Source: Paramoeba atlantica
Taxonomy: Eukaryota > Protista > Discosea
DNA: 64,000 nt
Direction of reading: 5' to 3'
Assembly (NCBI GenBank): GCA_977017575.1
Contig: CDRNVI010000075.1
Coordinates: forward strand, 54,201-118,200
The notes under the pieces were generated by a model. It was given only the letters and a program-made list of their open reading frames with translations. It was not told the DNA's origin and did not search any database. Position numbers and translations under genes: made by a program. Shown here one piece after another: positions 9,392-18,850 of this stretch (positions are counted from its first letter, which is position 1; each line of letters begins with the position of its first letter).

Positions 9392-10726
9392 TCAGATAGC
9401 TGCAAGTCGCGTGTCAAATAAGTGTCTCATCACGGTTTCCAGGCGGTGAAGCGCACCAGGGGACATCCAAGTCTTCACTTTCTGCACGTCCATTACGGGT
9501 ATTCCAGCCTTAACGTGTAGGGGGAGGTTCATGTCTTCGGGACGTGCAAGACGGGAAGTGCGCCGCGCGCAAATAACACTGTATCGCCTAACGTGCGGTA
9601 TTTGATCGAAACAAAGGTTGACATCCTCTTGAGTTATAGGGTTGGTAGGAGAACCGAAGCTCGCTGCGTACCGAGCGCCTTTGCCGTTGTTATCAGGTTC
9701 CCGTTGTATCGTAATAGGGAGTTGATGCATTGATGTTTGGCTATGTTTTGCACGTCTGAGAGAGCGACGCGTCCGAGCGCCACCTCGTTGAAGAGATACG
9801 TTATCGCGCCCCGCTTCAGGGAGTGTGTCCCGTAGCCGGGGCCCAGAATTTTCTTCATTTTCACGTCCATTTCCCGAACCGTTGTGCTTGTCACCTGCTG
9901 ACCCTTCCTCATAAACCGGACGTATTCCGCAATCTCTAGAGTTCCTTCCCCTTGTATGGCTGTGCACATCGATAAGCGGTACGGGTTGAGACGAGTCGAT
10001 TTGGTGTTCCGTCCCCAATAGACTATGACTTCGTTCGGTTGATTTCGCACGAATCTTTCGAGGGTTAGTTCTGCGACTTCTGTCCATCTGGCTGCGGCCT
10101 TCCAACAGATCAACGCGGCGATCCCTTCGCTTAACGATAATTTTGTCCTTAGCCGGCGTAGTTGCCACGGAGTGATTGGCTCCATCTGACGCGTTGGTTC
10201 GAGAGCGCCTCTTGCCTGTAGAGCTTTTGTAAACATTTTGAGAGGGGTAGGATCGGTTTGACTCAGCTGAAATACGGTTTGAAGATTGCGAGTGTAGCTC
10301 AACAGTGTCGCGGGTGCCAGATCCATTTGCTGAAGGAACAAAACGGCGTGTATTGGATCTGGTGGTACCCCTCTTTCCCGACAAAAAAGTTCGAGCCTTC
10401 CCCACAGTCGTGCCCTTGAGAGCCAAGTAGCATTCGTCCACATGGGATTTATCGCGGTTCTCATTTGGTGTGCTAGCGGGCTCGTACTTGGTAGATTCAA
10501 AATTGTTCATGTTAGCTTGTCCTGGGCAGACTGCACGTCCAGTTTCCTGATTTTGTTTCCGGCGGGATATACTGCTAGAGATCGTTTGGCCTGACCCGCC
10601 CTTGAGTACGTCCTTACTTCCGCCACCTGATGCTGTGGCTTCTGCAGTCCCGTTCCGTGACATGCCACAAAGGCATGCACCTTCCCTGCAGAGTGCAAAT
10701 ATGAGCTGAATGATAGACCTGGACAA
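9392..10726 (-). pseudogene. RT ORF N-terminal region of YR element 1 (overlaps YR in another frame); RT core deleted
   Basis: RRTSRLARPEDMNLPLHVK matches the equivalent region of 41434-43005 and 60378-60959; it stops at the 9381-9403 duplication. Confidence 0.75.
9634..10500 (-). CDS. Tyrosine recombinase of YR element 1
   Basis: AAARW, GTHSLKRGA, AKHQ, LLRY (R-H-R-H-Y catalytic set). Confidence 0.9.
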   Translation of the reverse strand: MNLPSTSPLAHQMRTAINPMWTNATWLSRARLWGRLELFCRERGVPPDPIHAVLFLQQMDLAPATLLSYTRNLQTVFQLSQTDPTPLKMFTKALQARGALEPTRQMEPITPWQLRRLRTKLSLSEGIAALICWKAAARWTEVAELTLERFVRNQPNEVIVYWGRNTKSTRLNPYRLSMCTAIQGEGTLEIAEYVRFMRKGQQVTSTTVREMDVKMKKILGPGYGTHSLKRGAITYLFNEVALGRVALSDVQNIAKHQCINSLLRYNGNLITTAKALGTQRASVLLPTL

Positions 10727-10785
10727 ATCACCCGCCGCTTTTTCAGCGGACAGGCACGAGCGATGTAAGGGGTGGGGAGCACTAC

Positions 10786-12348
10786 CTAGTGACTCCTCTT
10801 TGCACTCGAAGTGCCGCTCGTCACCCCTCCGCGAAAACCCGGGGTCAAGCGAGTAGACGATTGATTTAACGGGCAGTTCGCTCGGAAATGACCTGGTTTG
10901 TGGCAGCGGTAGCAGAGAAAGGCCGGGCGATTCGTCGATTGTTTAGATACCGTCATGTTCCGTAGCTTTTCTTCTGCAACTGCCTTGGAGTACGCGTCCT
11001 TCGTTTCGTCATCTTTGTGCAGTTTTAACTGAACGCGCTCTACCTGAATTCCAGATGAGGCCCAATAATTATTCCGAAGTTCTTCAATTGACGTACGTAC
11101 GATTTCCATGAAATGTTCTTCGCGCCAGAAAGGATAGATTCGGGCTGCCTGGATCCACTCCTGTACTATTTTAAACAGCCGTTCACGAATTGGAGGTGCA
11201 TTCAGCAAGAGGCCAAACTCGGGATGGGCCCGCAAATCACGTATGAGATCCCGGACGCGGAGCTCATCCTCCGACTCCAGCCATGGTCCCCACGTGAGGG
11301 GGTCGTTCGCGGTGAATCGGGCCGGGTCAGTAATGGGTGCATTAGGAGTCTTAGGTTCCTCGTCCGCCTTTCGGCCACCAGGCATCTTAGCACGTACTCG
11401 AACAATTTCTAAGGAGTAGTACTCGATGTCCGGAAAAGGGAAGTCGTACGCCATTCCGGGATCGTCAGTCCACACAGCTTCCATGGTACCTGACCCGTCC
11501 GATTTCAAGCGTACATTCCCAGTGACAGTATCGCGCACTGCATCGCCTTGATGGCCCCAAACCGCCTCTACCGACACGTCGTAACCTTTCGCAGAAATCA
11601 GCGTCTTCTTTCTCACACATAATGAACAAGAATAAATAAAATGAAACCAATTCCTAAATCATGTAATATCTTTCTTCATAAAGCAATTCAAAGAATTCAA
11701 CTGCTTTAGTATCCTCACCACCTATCCATGAAAAGAAATTAAGGTACCTGGCCATTTCAATCAAACTTACAGTATTTGAAACAAATCCACAACAAACTCC
11801 TTTACTTACGAACGGGCATCCCGTCCGCCAACTCCGCGAAGTGGTTGGGGGTTGGTGGGCGGGCGCAATAAAAAGGTTAGAGAAGGAGTGTCACTATACC
11901 AAACTAAATAAATGAAATCTCTAAACAAAACAAACAAATCATATCTCATAATATAAATATTATGTGCCCCCAAGGGCCATTATATCAATCATCCTAAATT
12001 TCTAAACGTACACTTATATAAACAAAACAAACAAATCATATCTCATAATATAAATATTATGTGCCCCGAAGGGCCATTATATCAATCATCCTAAATTTCT
12101 AAACGTATACTTATAATCAAAGTCTGAACCTTCTGTGCGAATTCCGCCTTAGCTTCCCCCGACATTGCCGCCGAACCTGTTCCCCCCCGAAGCAAAGCCG
12201 CCACTTGCTCCGGGTTAAGCGTGGTACGTTGCTCCCCATACTGCAAACTTGGGTCAACCGGATTAGGGGAAGAAGGATCTTCTCGAACAGGACTCTGTTG
12301 CCTCCCCATTGACAACGTACGGCGAACAGTATTCAAAATGCCGGACAT
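10786..12348 (-). pseudogene. gag-like ORF with CCHC knuckle, interrupted by a 522-nt solo repeat
   Basis: CYRCHKPGHFRANC. Removing 11594-12115 gives KVQTLIAKGY, aligning without gaps to KVKSLVARGY of the gag at 58522. Confidence 0.9.
11594..12115 (-). mobile_element. Solo A-linker-B unit of the YR element 1 family
   Basis: 522 nt matching 7541-8062, same termini, no TSD. Confidence 0.9.
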
Positions 12349-13883
12349 TCGCAATAAAAAGGTTAGAGAAGGAGTGTCACTATACCAAACTAAATAAATG
12401 AAATCTCTAAACAAAACAAACAAATCATATCTCATAATATAAATATTATGTGCCCCCAAGGGCCATTATATCAATCATCCTAAATTTCTAAACGTACACT
12501 TATATAAACAAAACAAACAAATCATATCTCATAATATAAATATTATGTGCCCCGAAGGGCCATTATATCAATCATCCTAAATTTCTAAACGTATACTTAT
12601 AGTTTACTCAGCTTTTCAATCAGTTTATGTTCCACAACTTTCGCACTTCCTATGTATCCACCTAACACTTTGATGGACTGTTCGCATGTTGTGACGCCAA
12701 GCTCCTTGAGGTTGGTGTTATTTAATACTTCGTTTGTGTTTCGGAACCACTCGCATTTTCCGTAGTTTATATGTAAATTCAAATCCTGGGTAAGTTCACG
12801 TAAATGATGAAAAGCTGCCTCCAGTGACTTTATATTCTTTGAGCTCATTGTAACGTCGTCTTGGTACGCTCGAATTTTTACTTCGGGATAATTTTTGGCT
12901 AGGGGGGACCTTCGATGAGTACTCATCGTAAGTTGTAGACTTTCGATGAGTCTCACGGAAAGTTGTAGACTTTCGATGAGTACTCATCGAAGGTGTTTTT
13001 GACTTTTTCAATTTTTCGTATTTTATCAATTTTTTGCGAAGGGCCAACTGTGAGCGTAGCCCTGGGACATAATAATATTTTTTGGCGACCCGTGCGCTCC
13101 ATGCGGAGGTGGTGGATATTGGCACGGCGGGCGGAGGAGGAGTTGGCATCACGGCCTTCTTTTTCCGGCGGGCACAAAAGTCCTTGACTTCCACCGTAAA
13201 TTTCCGTTCGTTGAGAACTCAACGAACGTACCCCCAACCCGTCTACCCCTTCCGCAGGATTGTCCAGAGGCAAGGCCCAACTGTGAGCGTAGCCCTGTTG
13301 TTTTTTGTAAGACGGATTCTTCAGCTATTTTGCCGGTTTTAACGTAGGTATCATGTTTCCGTTACGTTGATGGCCATCAGACTATGAGTAGATCATATGT
13401 TTTCTTTTTGTAAATTATGCAGTCTGATTTAGCTTCTATTATCGATTAGGAGTTCGGATTCTCTTTTGACCATGGGACATAATAATATCTTTTGGCGCCC
13501 CGCGCGCTCCAGCACGCGGGTAGCGCACTGGGAACCTGTGTCTACCCCTTCCGAAGGATTGTGAATTTGTTTTATACAAACGCTTCAGTTTGTTTGCCAC
13601 AAACGCTTCGGTGAGTAATAAAAAAACCTCGAAAATCTCTATTAGGGTCGCTCAAAAACGCTTCGATGAGTACTCATCGAAAGTTGTAGACTCTCGATGA
13701 GACTCACGGAAAGTTGTAGACTTTCGATGAGTACTCATCGAAGGTCCCCCCTACCCAAATAAACTTGCTCGATAATGATAGTTCTAAACATGCTTTCGGA
13801 TTTTTTGGATTTTGAATGACTATTGTATTTTGTTTTGAAATATTTTTTGACTGGCTTTTTCCACGGGGGCGGACTTCTCCGAG

Positions 13884-15089
13884 TCAACTTCTTAGGCCAG
13901 ACCCCCGCGCCTGAAAACCCCCTCTCGACACGCCTCTCCCAACTGGTACGCTAGGGTAAGTTCCCCGAGACACTCCACGGTAAAAACCGCCTCGATATCC
14001 ATCTCTGCTTCGCATTCGCCCTCGTGTTCCATATGAAATGCTTCGTCGTATGGTATTTCCGAGAGTGTCATCACTACGCTGATTTTCATAATGCGTTCGA
14101 ACGTATGAAGAATCCGCTCCACGATAAACGCCTTGGGTTATTCGAAGTTTATCTAACAGTTGTTGACCTATACTTACTTCATGGAGTTCTTCTTCAATTC
14201 CCCCACGACGGGCAGCCTCATGCATCCACTGCTTCAGAAGACCCCAGAGAAACGCGACCTCTTCTGTCATTACTGTTGGAAGCTCCAAATCGATTCGAAT
14301 CCTCTGTTCAAGCATGTCTATGCTGAGTGGGTCGCCAGAGCGTAAGTATACGTTCCATGTTCGGACGTTGTGGAATACAAACTTTGTTGAATCCTCTGTT
14401 CCGACAAGTTCTGGATCTTCGATCTTCCCCGGCATCACCGGAATCTTTGTTACTGTCTCAATCTTGATATACGAGACCCCGTCTTTTGGCAAAGGGTAAT
14501 CACCTTTCTCATACGTCACGACCAAAATCGGATTCCCTTGTTCATCACAACTTGCTCTGGGGGAGCCACGCCACGTTATTGATGTCTCAGGACCGTTTAG
14601 TGTTAAATACCAAGTGACCTCGATCTCAATTTCGTTCTCCTCCAGAAGTTCTGAGATAGCAATTATTTTTTCTTGAATCTCATCCTCGTTGAGAGCGCGG
14701 ATAGCCAGTGCATCTCGGCGATCTACCTGGTTTCTTGTGGACCGTTGAACCGAAGCCTGGGATGCAGCTTGTGAGGGAACTTGAGTTTGAGTCGGGGACA
14801 AAGATTGTGCTATGATAGTAGGCAAAATTTTCGTAAGCTCTTGGCGAATCATCAATCCAATGTTTTCTTGTGCTCTTTCCAATCTCGTCACCTGACTCGA
14901 TACTTCTTCCATCGTCAGCCGCATTTTGTTAAAGTCTGCTTCAATTTCAACAGCCTGTTCAGCATTTGCAACGAATTCCGGGATTGCACTATGTGTGGGT
15001 GCTGGACCCGGTGTATGAAAAACTTCATTAGTATTCGAACTTCGAACAATCTCTTCGTTCTCTTTTTCGGCCGTAGCTTTGCGGACCAT
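13884..15089 (-). CDS. 401-aa gag-like protein (YR family of 38605-39881), copy 1
   Basis: Complete ATG-to-stop ORF. W..VRTW, LWGLLKQWM and an RG-rich tail are shared with the gag at 38605-39881. The stop region GACTC..GTC.GCCCCCGTG matches the region just upstream of the YR ATG at 34610. Confidence 0.75.
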   Translation of the reverse strand: MVRKATAEKENEEIVRSSNTNEVFHTPGPAPTHSAIPEFVANAEQAVEIEADFNKMRLTMEEVSSQVTRLERAQENIGLMIRQELTKILPTIIAQSLSPTQTQVPSQAASQASVQRSTRNQVDRRDALAIRALNEDEIQEKIIAISELLEENEIEIEVTWYLTLNGPETSITWRGSPRASCDEQGNPILVVTYEKGDYPLPKDGVSYIKIETVTKIPVMPGKIEDPELVGTEDSTKFVFHNVRTWNVYLRSGDPLSIDMLEQRIRIDLELPTVMTEEVAFLWGLLKQWMHEAARRGGIEEELHEVSIGQQLLDKLRITQGVYRGADSSYVRTHYENQRSDDTLGNTIRRSISYGTRGRMRSRDGYRGGFYRGVSRGTYPSVPVGRGVSRGGFQARGSGLRS

Positions 15090-15179
15090 GAAAAAAAATC
15101 GTTTGAAAAGTTGTGTAAAGGAATGATCCTGAGAAATAAAAGTAAAAGCATAATGAAATGTTCAGTAGACGGAATCGAA

Positions 15180-15317
15180 ATTACTTTCTCAAGTTTACAG
15201 CATTATAATTCCTAGCACTGCCGATGCATAAACCAATCTGGCGCACAAGGACTCATATATGTGCAGAGGTGCATGCGATGCTATGCCTGGTGGAATTTTC
15301 CGAAGAAATCGGTCACA
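15180..15317 (-). pseudogene. Short YR-type RT/RH connection fragment (also +3761 and +7522)
   Basis: FLRKIP...YESLCARLVYASAVL matches FVNKIP...LESLCARLLYASGIL in 31903-34749. Confidence 0.7.
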
Positions 15318-15924
15318 GTGAAAAGTAGCCAAGCCCGCGCGATGTTCCCCGACTGTAGGGTCCTTGTCGACGTTTCTGCACGTTAATACTGTGGTGTATT
15401 CCATTTCCAATGACGTCTTCCGGATCGTTTTGAGCTTGATAAATCATTCGGAGGTAATTGGGGTCCGCACCACGATAAACTCCTTGTTGCATACGAAGGT
15501 CGTCGAGAGCACGTTGTCCAGTCCGGACTTGGGGCACGTTTTCCTGGTCGATTCCGCCTCTTCCTTTCATGTCGTTCATCCACTCTACAAGCACTTCCCA
15601 CATTGGACGCAAATTGTTTGGCAACGGTGAAGGCAGCGCTAGAGCAGTTTGTACGCGTATAATCAAGAAATCAACACCAAATTCGCTGTTTGTCATTAAA
15701 TATTTGTTCCAAGTCCGAACATCTCTAATCTTAAAGTCATCTTGATCATTTGGAGTTGATTCGGTGTTGTCAACAGCTTGCTCTAACCGATCAGGCATCG
15801 CTGGTTCACTTTGAACAATTTCAATACGTGTGTACTTGACTTTAGGATTCGGCAACTTGTAGTTTCCAGAAAGATAACTTACGGTAATACTTTTCCCTTC
15901 TTCCTCGCGAACAAAACTACCCAC
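15313..15924 (-). pseudogene. Truncated gag-like ORF (also 19074-19685 and 22835-23446)
   Basis: Identical to the first 202 aa of 51533-52261, then breaks; distant paralogue of the 401-aa gag (DVRTW, MWEVLVEWM). Confidence 0.75.
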
Positions 15925-16004
15925 CTAGAAGGAAAAAGAATAGAAAAATATTCTGTAAAAAAATAATATGCTATTTTGTAATTCGTCACTACGAAGGTAA
16001 TAAA

Positions 16005-16150
16005 GGCCAGGGGGGGCATTCGATGAAAATTCATCGAACGCACCGTGCGTTCGATGAATATTCATTGAACGGCGTCCCGTTCGATGACCAGGCGTCCCGT
16101 TCGATGAATATTCATCGAACGGGCAGTGCGTTCGATGAATCATTCATCCA
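16005..16150 (+). repeat. Variant left TIR of the Merlin-like family with TTCGATGA-N4-TCATCGAA palindromes
   Basis: GGCCAGGGGGGGCATTCGATGAAAATTCATCGAAC; present in each unit of both arrays. Confidence 0.7.
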
Positions 16151-16569
16151 ACGGGCACTGCTGCACGAATTTTTCGTCTCGATTTTTTTTGGGGGGAATT
16201 TGAACATTACCATCTCGTTTACATGTCTGGAGGCAAGGCCCAACTGTCAGCGAAGCCCAAGTGTGCAAGCAAGGCCCCCGTCTGCGAGCAAGGCCCAACT
16301 GTGAGCGTAGCCCGCTTCTGGAGGCAAAAGCCCCCCTTTGCGAGCAAGGCCCAACTGTGAGCGTAGCCCTGGGACATAATTATATTTTTTGGCGACCCGC
16401 GCGCTCCATGCGGAGGTGGTGTATATTAGCACGGCGGGCGGATGAGTTGGCATCACGGCCTTCTTTTTCCATCGGGCACGAGGGAGCGGCAAAATCTCAG
16501 GAGCTACTCCTGATTCTTTTGCTTTGGAGCGTGTGAACACTCCCATGAAAGGTAAAAAAAGTAAATAAT

Positions 16570-16605
16570 CAACAAGGTACAGAAACTGTATCTTTATCGT
16601 TAAAG
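16570..16605 (-). other. Spliced-leader-like 36-mer CTTTAACGATAAAGATACAGTTTCTGTACCTTGTTG
   Basis: Contains the ACAGTTTCTGTAC core and terminal TTG of kinetoplastid/diplonemid SL exons; followed by 23 nt and an ATG, no GT donor. Confidence 0.85.
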
Positions 16606-17644
16606 ATTATTGTACGTGTGCTTCTCTCTAGATTCGTGGGAAGCAATTTGCGAAGCCCAGCTACCTTGATAACAAATTTTAGTACCCATTTTGGCCGCGC
16701 GGGGGCCCCCGCGTGAGCGGGGGTGCGCGCGGCCGCGAAACGGCGAGGGCCCGCGTGAGCGGGCCTGAGCCGTACCCCGCGTAGGATTCCCCTGTGCGTC
16801 GTTAGTGGGAAGCAATTTGCGAAGCTCACTGAATTTCGTAGTTTTCGCTACGGAGGCGTTGTCAACGTATGTAGTGAAGTGTAGGATACTGAACGCACGG
16901 AAAAGGAAAATCAAAAAAAAATCTTGGGTGTTCCACAAAAGTCCTTGACTTCCACCGTAAATTTCCGTTCGTTGAGAACTCAACGAACGTACCCCCAACC
17001 CGTCTACCCCTTCCGCAGGATTGTCCAGAGGCAAGGCCCAACTGTGAGCGTAGCCCTGTTGTTTTTTGTAAGACGGATTCTTCAGCTATTTTGCCGGTTT
17101 TAACGTAGGTATCATGTTTCCGTTACGTTGATGGCCATCAGACTATGAGTAGATCATATGTTTTCTTTTTGTAAATTATGCAGTCTGATTTAGCTTCTAT
17201 TATCGATTAGGAGTTCGGATTCTCTTTTGACCATGGGACATAATAATATCTTTTGGCGCCCCGCGCGCTCCAGCACGCGGGTAGCGCACTGGGAACCTGT
17301 GTCTACCCCTTCCGAAGGATTGTGAATTTGTTTTATACAAACGCTTCAGTTTGTTTGCCACAAACGCTTCGGTGAGTAATAAAAAAACCTCGAAAATCTC
17401 TATTAGGGTCGCTCAAAAACGCTTCGATGAGTACTCATCGAAAGTTGTAGACTCTCGATGAGACTCACGGAAAGTTGTAGACTTTCGATGAGTACTCATC
17501 GAAGGTCCCCCCTACCCAAATAAACTTGCTCGATAATGATAGTTCTAAACATGCTTTCGGATTTTTTGGATTTTGAATGACTATTGTATTTTGTTTTGAA
17601 ATATTTTTTGACTGGCTTTTTCCACGGGGGCGGACTTCTCCGAG

Positions 17645-18850
17645 TCAACTTCTTAGGCCAGACCCCCGCGCCTGAAAACCCCCTCTCGACACGCCTCTCC
17701 CAACTGGTACGCTAGGGTAAGTTCCCCGAGACACTCCACGGTAAAAACCGCCTCGATATCCATCTCTGCTTCGCATTCGCCCTCGTGTTCCATATGAAAT
17801 GCTTCGTCGTATGGTATTTCCGAGAGTGTCATCACTACGCTGATTTTCATAATGCGTTCGAACGTATGAAGAATCCGCTCCACGATAAACGCCTTGGGTT
17901 ATTCGAAGTTTATCTAACAGTTGTTGACCTATACTTACTTCATGGAGTTCTTCTTCAATTCCCCCACGACGGGCAGCCTCATGCATCCACTGCTTCAGAA
18001 GACCCCAGAGAAACGCGACCTCTTCTGTCATTACTGTTGGAAGCTCCAAATCGATTCGAATCCTGTGTTCAAGCATGTCTATGCTGAGTGGGTCGCCAGA
18101 GCGTAAGTATACGTTCCATGTTCGGACGTTGTGGAATACAAACTTTGTTGAATCCTCTGTTCCGACAAGTTCTGGATCTTCGATCTTCCCCGGCATCACC
18201 GGAATCTTTGTTACTGTCTCAATCTTGATATACGAGACCCCGTCTTTTGGCAAAGGGTAATCACCTTTCTCATACGTCACGACCAAAATCGGATTCCCTT
18301 GTTCATCACAACTTGCTCTGGGGGAGCCACGCCACGTTATTGATGTCTCAGGACCGTTTAGTGTTAAATACCAAGTGACCTCGATCTCAATTTTGTTCTC
18401 CTCCAGAAGTTCTGAGATAGCAATTATTTTTTCTTGAATCTCATCCTCGTTGAGAGCGCGGATAGCCAGTGCATCTCGGCGATCTACCTGGTTTCTTGTG
18501 GACCGTTGAACCGAAGCCTGGGATGCAGCTTGTGAGGGAACTTGAGTTTGAGTCGGGGACAAAGATTGTGCTATGATAGTAGGCAAAATTTTCGTAAGCT
18601 CTTGGCGAATCATCAATCCAATGTTTTCTTGTGCTCTTTCCAATCTCGTCACCTGACTCGATACTTCTTCCATCGTCAGCCGCATTTTGTTAAAGTCTGC
18701 TTCAATTTCAACAGCCTGTTCAGCATTTGCAACGAATTCCGGGATTGCACTATGTGTGGGTGCTGGACCCGGTGTATGAAAAACTTCATTAGTATTCGAA
18801 CTTCGAACAATCTCTTCGTTCTCTTTTTCGGCCGTAGCTTTGCGGACCAT
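17645..18850 (-). CDS. 401-aa gag-like protein, copy 2
   Basis: Tandem copy of 13884-15089. Confidence 0.75.
   Translation of the reverse strand: MVRKATAEKENEEIVRSSNTNEVFHTPGPAPTHSAIPEFVANAEQAVEIEADFNKMRLTMEEVSSQVTRLERAQENIGLMIRQELTKILPTIIAQSLSPTQTQVPSQAASQASVQRSTRNQVDRRDALAIRALNEDEIQEKIIAISELLEENKIEIEVTWYLTLNGPETSITWRGSPRASCDEQGNPILVVTYEKGDYPLPKDGVSYIKIETVTKIPVMPGKIEDPELVGTEDSTKFVFHNVRTWNVYLRSGDPLSIDMLEHRIRIDLELPTVMTEEVAFLWGLLKQWMHEAARRGGIEEELHEVSIGQQLLDKLRITQGVYRGADSSYVRTHYENQRSDDTLGNTIRRSISYGTRGRMRSRDGYRGGFYRGVSRGTYPSVPVGRGVSRGGFQARGSGLRS

Larger units (their letters stand above)
7541..12601 (-). mobile_element. YR retrotransposon 1 (gag-YR-RT/RH, split direct repeats), inserted in the CRE ORF without TSD
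   Basis: Ends on the minus strand are TATAAGTATACG...CGCTGATTTC. Removal restores host codons agt aaa c|at gaa tgt (SKHECLF). Confidence 0.92.

Noticed and set aside
11594-12115. Non-canonical euglenid/diplonemid intron in gag
   Set aside because: The insert is a copy of the element's own A2-linker-B2, which explains it fully.
16247-17034. Short ORFs in the TIR/SL cassette as real genes
   Set aside because: They run through palindromic TIR-element sequence and the translated SL (DKDTVSVPC); only the first ~25 codons after the SL may come from a real mRNA.
16005-17517. 1.5-kb TIR element (variant left TIR to right TIR) as the mobile unit
   Set aside because: Flanks GTAATAAA and AAATAAAC are not a clean TSD, and in array 2 the same left TIR pairs with a different right flank.
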